A DNA stretch of 32,000 nt. Source: Kingella potus. Its GTDB lineage: Bacteria; Pseudomonadota; Gammaproteobacteria; Burkholderiales; Neisseriaceae. The stretch spans positions 119,910-151,909 of the forward strand of contig NZ_UGJJ01000001.1 of NCBI RefSeq assembly GCF_900451175.1. Direction: 5' to 3'. The notes under the pieces were generated by a model, which saw only the letters and a program-made list of their open reading frames with translations, was not told where the DNA came from and did no database searches. Within the stretch, counting starts at the first letter, position 1. Every line of letters starts with the position of its first letter. Shown here piece by piece: positions 28,243 to 32,000 of this stretch. The position numbers were made by a program, and so were the translations under genes.

Positions 28243-29196
28243 TCAATTGATATTTACTTGGCACAGAATTCCTCCAGGCAGCTTGTTATCTGTGTTGTCA
28301 ATATAGGCAATAATGCCGAATGTACCGGAAGCTGCATCTACTACTTGGTCTTTTTTGGCAATGGCAACACTGACAGGCTGATTAAACGGTGCCTCGGGAA
28401 TGACCCTGACCGTGTCGCCCGTTTGGATGTCTCGAAAATACTTAAACGGTAAAACAGCCGTTAATTTTAATCGTTCAATCTGTGCCAGGCGCAAAATGGG
28501 ATTTTTATTGTCGACAGCACTCACCACAGTACCTACATCGGCATAACGCGCAGTTACAATACCATCAAACGGGCTGGTAATGGTGCGTTCCGACAATTCC
28601 GCCAGTGATGTCCGGTAGTCCGCTTTGGCGATTTGATGATTCTCCTGAGCTTGTTTTAATTCGGCCGCTGCAATATTGCGCTCGTTTAATGCATCGTCAC
28701 GTGCTTGTGCTGAAACAAATTCTTGGCGGTACATCTGCTCCATACGGTCGGCTTTTACATTTGCCAACGCCAATTTCTTGCGAGCACCGTCTATTTGTGC
28801 CTGCGCTTGAGCGCGCTGGTGTGCACCTGCAACAGTAGATTTAGCGACGGCTGCATCCAACACCACCAGTACTTGTCCTTTTGTAACGTTATCGCCACGT
28901 CCTACTGTAATTTTATCAACCACCCCCGTTACCGAACTGCGGATTTCTACCGTCTGCTCTGGTTCTATCATGCAACTGAATACCGACTTGGTATCATCCG
29001 GTATGCTGGCAGCTTCAGATGCGGCAATATTAGAATTGGGAGCCGTATCGTTAATTGTAACAGGGTACTCACGGCTAACCTTTGGAACAGGTATGGTTTG
29101 ACTTTTTGACCATGACAGCCAAATACCTAATCCGGCAAGAGTAAAAATAATGCAGATAATGAGTGTTCTGTTTTTAAATGGATTAGGCTGAGACAT
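28243..29196 (-). CDS. HlyD-family periplasmic adaptor (membrane fusion protein)
   Basis: 317 aa. It has an N-terminal membrane anchor (LIICIIFTLAGLGIWLSW), a lipoyl-like segment (VTGVVDKITVGRGDNVTKGQVLVVLD), a coiled-coil hairpin and a beta-barrel segment (ITSPFDGIVTARYADVG). Confidence 0.85.
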   Translation of the reverse strand: MSQPNPFKNRTLIICIIFTLAGLGIWLSWSKSQTIPVPKVSREYPVTINDTAPNSNIAASEAASIPDDTKSVFSCMIEPEQTVEIRSSVTGVVDKITVGRGDNVTKGQVLVVLDAAVAKSTVAGAHQRAQAQAQIDGARKKLALANVKADRMEQMYRQEFVSAQARDDALNERNIAAAELKQAQENHQIAKADYRTSLAELSERTITSPFDGIVTARYADVGTVVSAVDNKNPILRLAQIERLKLTAVLPFKYFRDIQTGDTVRVIPEAPFNQPVSVAIAKKDQVVDAASGTFGIIAYIDNTDNKLPGGILCQVNIN

Positions 29197-29268
29197 AGGT
29201 TCGATACAATCGTTAAAATAAGAAATTAGGGTATTACCGTACGTTAAACTGAAAATGCGAACAGGCTA

Positions 29269-29589
29269 TTAAGACTTTCCCGACATAATGGTTGCCGCAC
29301 CGCATAAACATAATGCCATACCCAGCCAATCATTAGGCTTGGGCGCGACTCCGTCCACCCACCACAACCATAGCAATGCCATGCCGATATAAATCCCGCC
29401 ATAGGCAGCATAAATACGACCACTGGCCGTAGGGTGCAGCGTCAACAACCAAACAAACAATGCCAAGCTTATGGCCGAAGGGAGCAGCAACCACGCTGTT
29501 TTATCTTGTCGCAGCCAAAGATAAGGCAACCAGCAACCGACAATTTCCATAAGAGCGGTCAAAACAAATAATCCGAAAGTTTTCAACAT
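29269..29589 (-). CDS. ynfA: YnfA-family (UPF0060) small membrane protein
   Basis: 106 aa from ATG 29589 ([27 protein letters not shown]...), with four hydrophobic helices as in the YnfA family. Confidence 0.8.
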   Translation of the reverse strand: MLKTFGLFVLTALMEIVGCWLPYLWLRQDKTAWLLLPSAISLALFVWLLTLHPTASGRIYAAYGGIYIGMALLWLWWVDGVAPKPNDWLGMALCLCGAATIMSGKS

Positions 29590-29843
29590 AAACAACACCA
29601 TTCTCAACAAGCACAACCCAAGCGGCAAACACAATTATGTAATCTTTCCTGTACGGTCATGCAGAAAATCGCTGAAGCATACTTGATCTGTGAAGTATGA
29701 ACGTGCCAAATGCAATAGGATGCAATCAAACTGATTTGCAGATTTCCTAAAATAATAACCTATTGTAAAAAAAAATTTTAAAAAGTTCTATCTCAAAAAA
29801 TCATGATAATGTAATCTGCAAACCATTCTAGACCACATTATAA

Positions 29844-31865
29844 TTAACGTACCTTACCCGCAAAACCGATCTGTTTACTTAACTCTCGGTCTTGTTTTAG
29901 TGTTTGCATACGAATGCGGTAATGATGCCGCTGTGCGGTGTATTGTGCCAGTTTGACCGTCAGACCCAGCCACAAGGCAGTCAAGCGGGGAATGCGGATA
30001 TGCTTACCGACAGCGCACAATAAGGCTTGATGGCGACGCAGTAATTCATCTTCGAACGACACAATTGCCTGTACCGTTCCGGCTTCTCCCTGACGAGCAC
30101 AGCGACCGACAAGCTGACGGTCAATACGAGCTGATTCGTGGTATTCGGTCAAAATCACATGCAGACCGCCTGCCTGTTTGCTGTCCTTACTCAACTTAAT
30201 GTCGGTACCCCGTCCTGCCATATTGGTTGCAACAGTAATACGGCCGGGGTAACCAGCACGAGCAACAATTTCTGCTTCCTGCTGATCTTGACGGGCATTC
30301 AATACCACAAAGTCTATCCCAACTCTGTTCTGGATATGAATACCAAGCTGTACGGCAATACACTCGGATGCTTCCACGCTGCGCGTACCAATCAATACCG
30401 GCTGGCCTTGTGCCGCCCTGTTTAGTGCATCTTGGGCAACTGCTGTCCATTTCTGCTCCAAACTGTTCATGCAGCGAGCAGGCAAATAAGTGCGTCGGTT
30501 TTCTTTGTTGGGCGGAATGACGCGTACACGCAAGTGATAAACTGTCCACAATTCTCGTGCCACTTCAGTTGCAGTACCCGTTAAGCCAGACAACAGCAAA
30601 TATTGACGGAAAAATCGCTGAAACGTCATTTTTGCCAATGTTTCCCGCCCTTGACTGAGTGGTAGTCCTTCTTTGGTTTCAATCAACTGATGTAGCCCCT
30701 GCTCCCACGAACGATCAGGCATTCTCCGACCGGTGGATTCGTCGATAATTTGGATTATCCCGTCTTGGATAATATAGTGTTCATTTATACGGTACAGATG
30801 CAGAGCACTTAAAGCTTGTTTAACAATCAGTCGCTGCCATGCAGCATTCTGCCAAACTGAACGCACCTCTGCGGGCGGTGGTTGACTCTCTCGTAATGCA
30901 TCAGGATGCAGCATAATATCGTGCTGCGCATAATTGATGGAAAAATGAATACCTTCCTGCAAACCCCTCGCAATATATATCGCCCATTGCAATAATGCCG
31001 GTTCAATCAAGCTTTCGGTTTCACGCGAAATGATTAGCGGGGTACGGGCTTCATCAATCAGAATACTGTCAGCCTCATCTACAATGCAAAAATGCAATGC
31101 GGGAATTATCGTTTCCTCTGCTTTCTGCTCCGGTGTACTCTGCTGAAACTGACGAATATAGTGTAAACGGGCATAGCCGGCACCATTTGCAAATAACTTG
31201 TCTTTCAGATAATCAAATACGATTTCTTTTGCTGGCACATAGCAAATGTTTTTGCGGTACGCTTCACATCGTTGCTCGTGTTCTGTTTCGCTACCGACAG
31301 CAGCACTCGACAAACCGAAAAAAGCAAATAACGGCTTCATTTCGGCCTCATCACGTTCGGCAAGATAATCATTGGTACTCAATACATGAACATAAGCACC
31401 AGAAACAGCGGCAATGGTTGCCGCCAGTGCCGCAACTAAGGTTTTACCTTCACCTGTCTCCATCTGTGCAAGGCTTCCCGAGAGCAAAGCATATACGCCG
31501 AAAAACTGCACAGGATGAGGAAAATAACCCAAAGTATGCTCGGCTGCCAAACCCACACAAGCCAATACACGTGCCAAGACGGGGAAATGATGCGGTTGCC
31601 TCTTCAAATTGCCAATGGCTTGTTGCAGCAAAATCGTCCATTTTTCAGGTATGTAATGGCGGAATTTTTCGGTTTCTTCCAAAATATATTCATTCAGACG
31701 GTCTATCTCACGACAACTGATTTTTTTGGAGGCAAACCAACCGCTAAAGCCATGCAGCATTAACTCCATCTTACTGGGAAGCTGTTCTGCCCGTTCATGG
31801 CGGATATTGTCAGCCAAGCGAAGCCAGCTACCCGCATAACAACGAATTAAACTAGGATCAGACAT
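29844..31865 (-). CDS. SecA-like ATPase, truncated paralogue (673 aa; motor domains only)
   Basis: SecA motifs are present: METGEGKTL (Walker A), TNDYLAERD, VDEADSILIDEARTPLIIS, MTFQRFFRQYLLLSGLTGTATE, ATNMAGRGTDIKL and GGLHVILTEYHESARIDRQLVGRCARQG. It is about 230 aa shorter than housekeeping SecA and has an unrelated ~120-aa N-terminal extension. Confidence 0.8.
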   Translation of the reverse strand: MSDPSLIRCYAGSWLRLADNIRHERAEQLPSKMELMLHGFSGWFASKKISCREIDRLNEYILEETEKFRHYIPEKWTILLQQAIGNLKRQPHHFPVLARVLACVGLAAEHTLGYFPHPVQFFGVYALLSGSLAQMETGEGKTLVAALAATIAAVSGAYVHVLSTNDYLAERDEAEMKPLFAFFGLSSAAVGSETEHEQRCEAYRKNICYVPAKEIVFDYLKDKLFANGAGYARLHYIRQFQQSTPEQKAEETIIPALHFCIVDEADSILIDEARTPLIISRETESLIEPALLQWAIYIARGLQEGIHFSINYAQHDIMLHPDALRESQPPPAEVRSVWQNAAWQRLIVKQALSALHLYRINEHYIIQDGIIQIIDESTGRRMPDRSWEQGLHQLIETKEGLPLSQGRETLAKMTFQRFFRQYLLLSGLTGTATEVARELWTVYHLRVRVIPPNKENRRTYLPARCMNSLEQKWTAVAQDALNRAAQGQPVLIGTRSVEASECIAVQLGIHIQNRVGIDFVVLNARQDQQEAEIVARAGYPGRITVATNMAGRGTDIKLSKDSKQAGGLHVILTEYHESARIDRQLVGRCARQGEAGTVQAIVSFEDELLRRHQALLCAVGKHIRIPRLTALWLGLTVKLAQYTAQRHHYRIRMQTLKQDRELSKQIGFAGKVR

Positions 31866-32000
31866 ATAATTCTTTTAGAAATAATTGCTTCAAACGTACA
31901 AACCACTGCCATGCCAAAGGTGTATTGCCAAAATCGAAGCGCACATACACACGTTGTCCGAATACCCATGCTTCATCATTTGCCTGATTTCGCGAAATAT
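31858..32000 (-). CDS. 3' end of an unidentified ORF running off the window, overlapping the SecA-like start by 8 nt
   Basis: My own translation of the minus strand: ...ISRNQANDEAWVFGQRVYVRFDFGNTPLAWQWFVRLKQLFLKELYV, then stop. There are no internal stops, and the TGA at 31860-31858 overlaps ATGTCTGA of the next gene. Confidence 0.5.
   Translation of the reverse strand, partial: ISRNQANDEAWVFGQRVYVRFDFGNTPLAWQWFVRLKQLFLKELYV

Overview
This 32-kb window is from a Neisseriaceae chromosome. It carries about 45-50 copies (counted by eye) of the 10-mer DNA uptake sequence GCCGTCTGAA, mostly in the AG-DUS form AGGCCGTCTGAA. The backbone is GC-rich and is interrupted by two lower-GC, DUS-poor segments.

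Backbone genes:
- Glyoxylate shunt: aceA (5'-truncated by the window edge), then trxA, then glcB.
- A DUF711/UPF0210 protein and pdxJ.
- guaA, gdhA (minus strand), a small ACT-domain protein and a fused double ABC ATPase.
- lpxK, a DUF2059 protein, a Trm112-like protein, kdsB and parC.

Segment 1 (7814-16067, about 8.25 kb, AT-rich) looks like a complete filamentous (Inovirus-type) prophage. Its genes are a Rep_trans initiator, a gene-V-position protein, small proteins, the major coat protein, minor coat proteins, a pIII-like adsorption protein with Gly-rich linkers, a pVI-like protein and a Zot/pI ATPase. I see no integrase or transposase. The element is bracketed by two 28-bp XerC/XerD dif-like sites that share a 21-bp identical core. 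It therefore appears to be Xer-integrated (an IMEX) at the chromosomal dif site, which would place the replication terminus in this window. Its roughly 2.3-kb non-structural arm carries four small plus-strand cargo ORFs. That arm also holds a 289-bp palindrome, three copies of a long hairpin with conserved single-C bulges and compensatory stem changes, and nine same-strand CCCACCC motifs.

Segment 2 (about 27620 to the window end) carries a possible decayed region, an HlyD-type adaptor and ynfA. It also carries a 673-aa truncated SecA paralogue that overlaps by 8 nt an upstream ORF running off the window.

Two diverged copies of a roughly 200-230-bp element with a long stem flank gdhA in direct orientation.

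I recognised no rRNA, tRNA or CRISPR array. All functional calls rest on motif recognition by eye. No database search was run.
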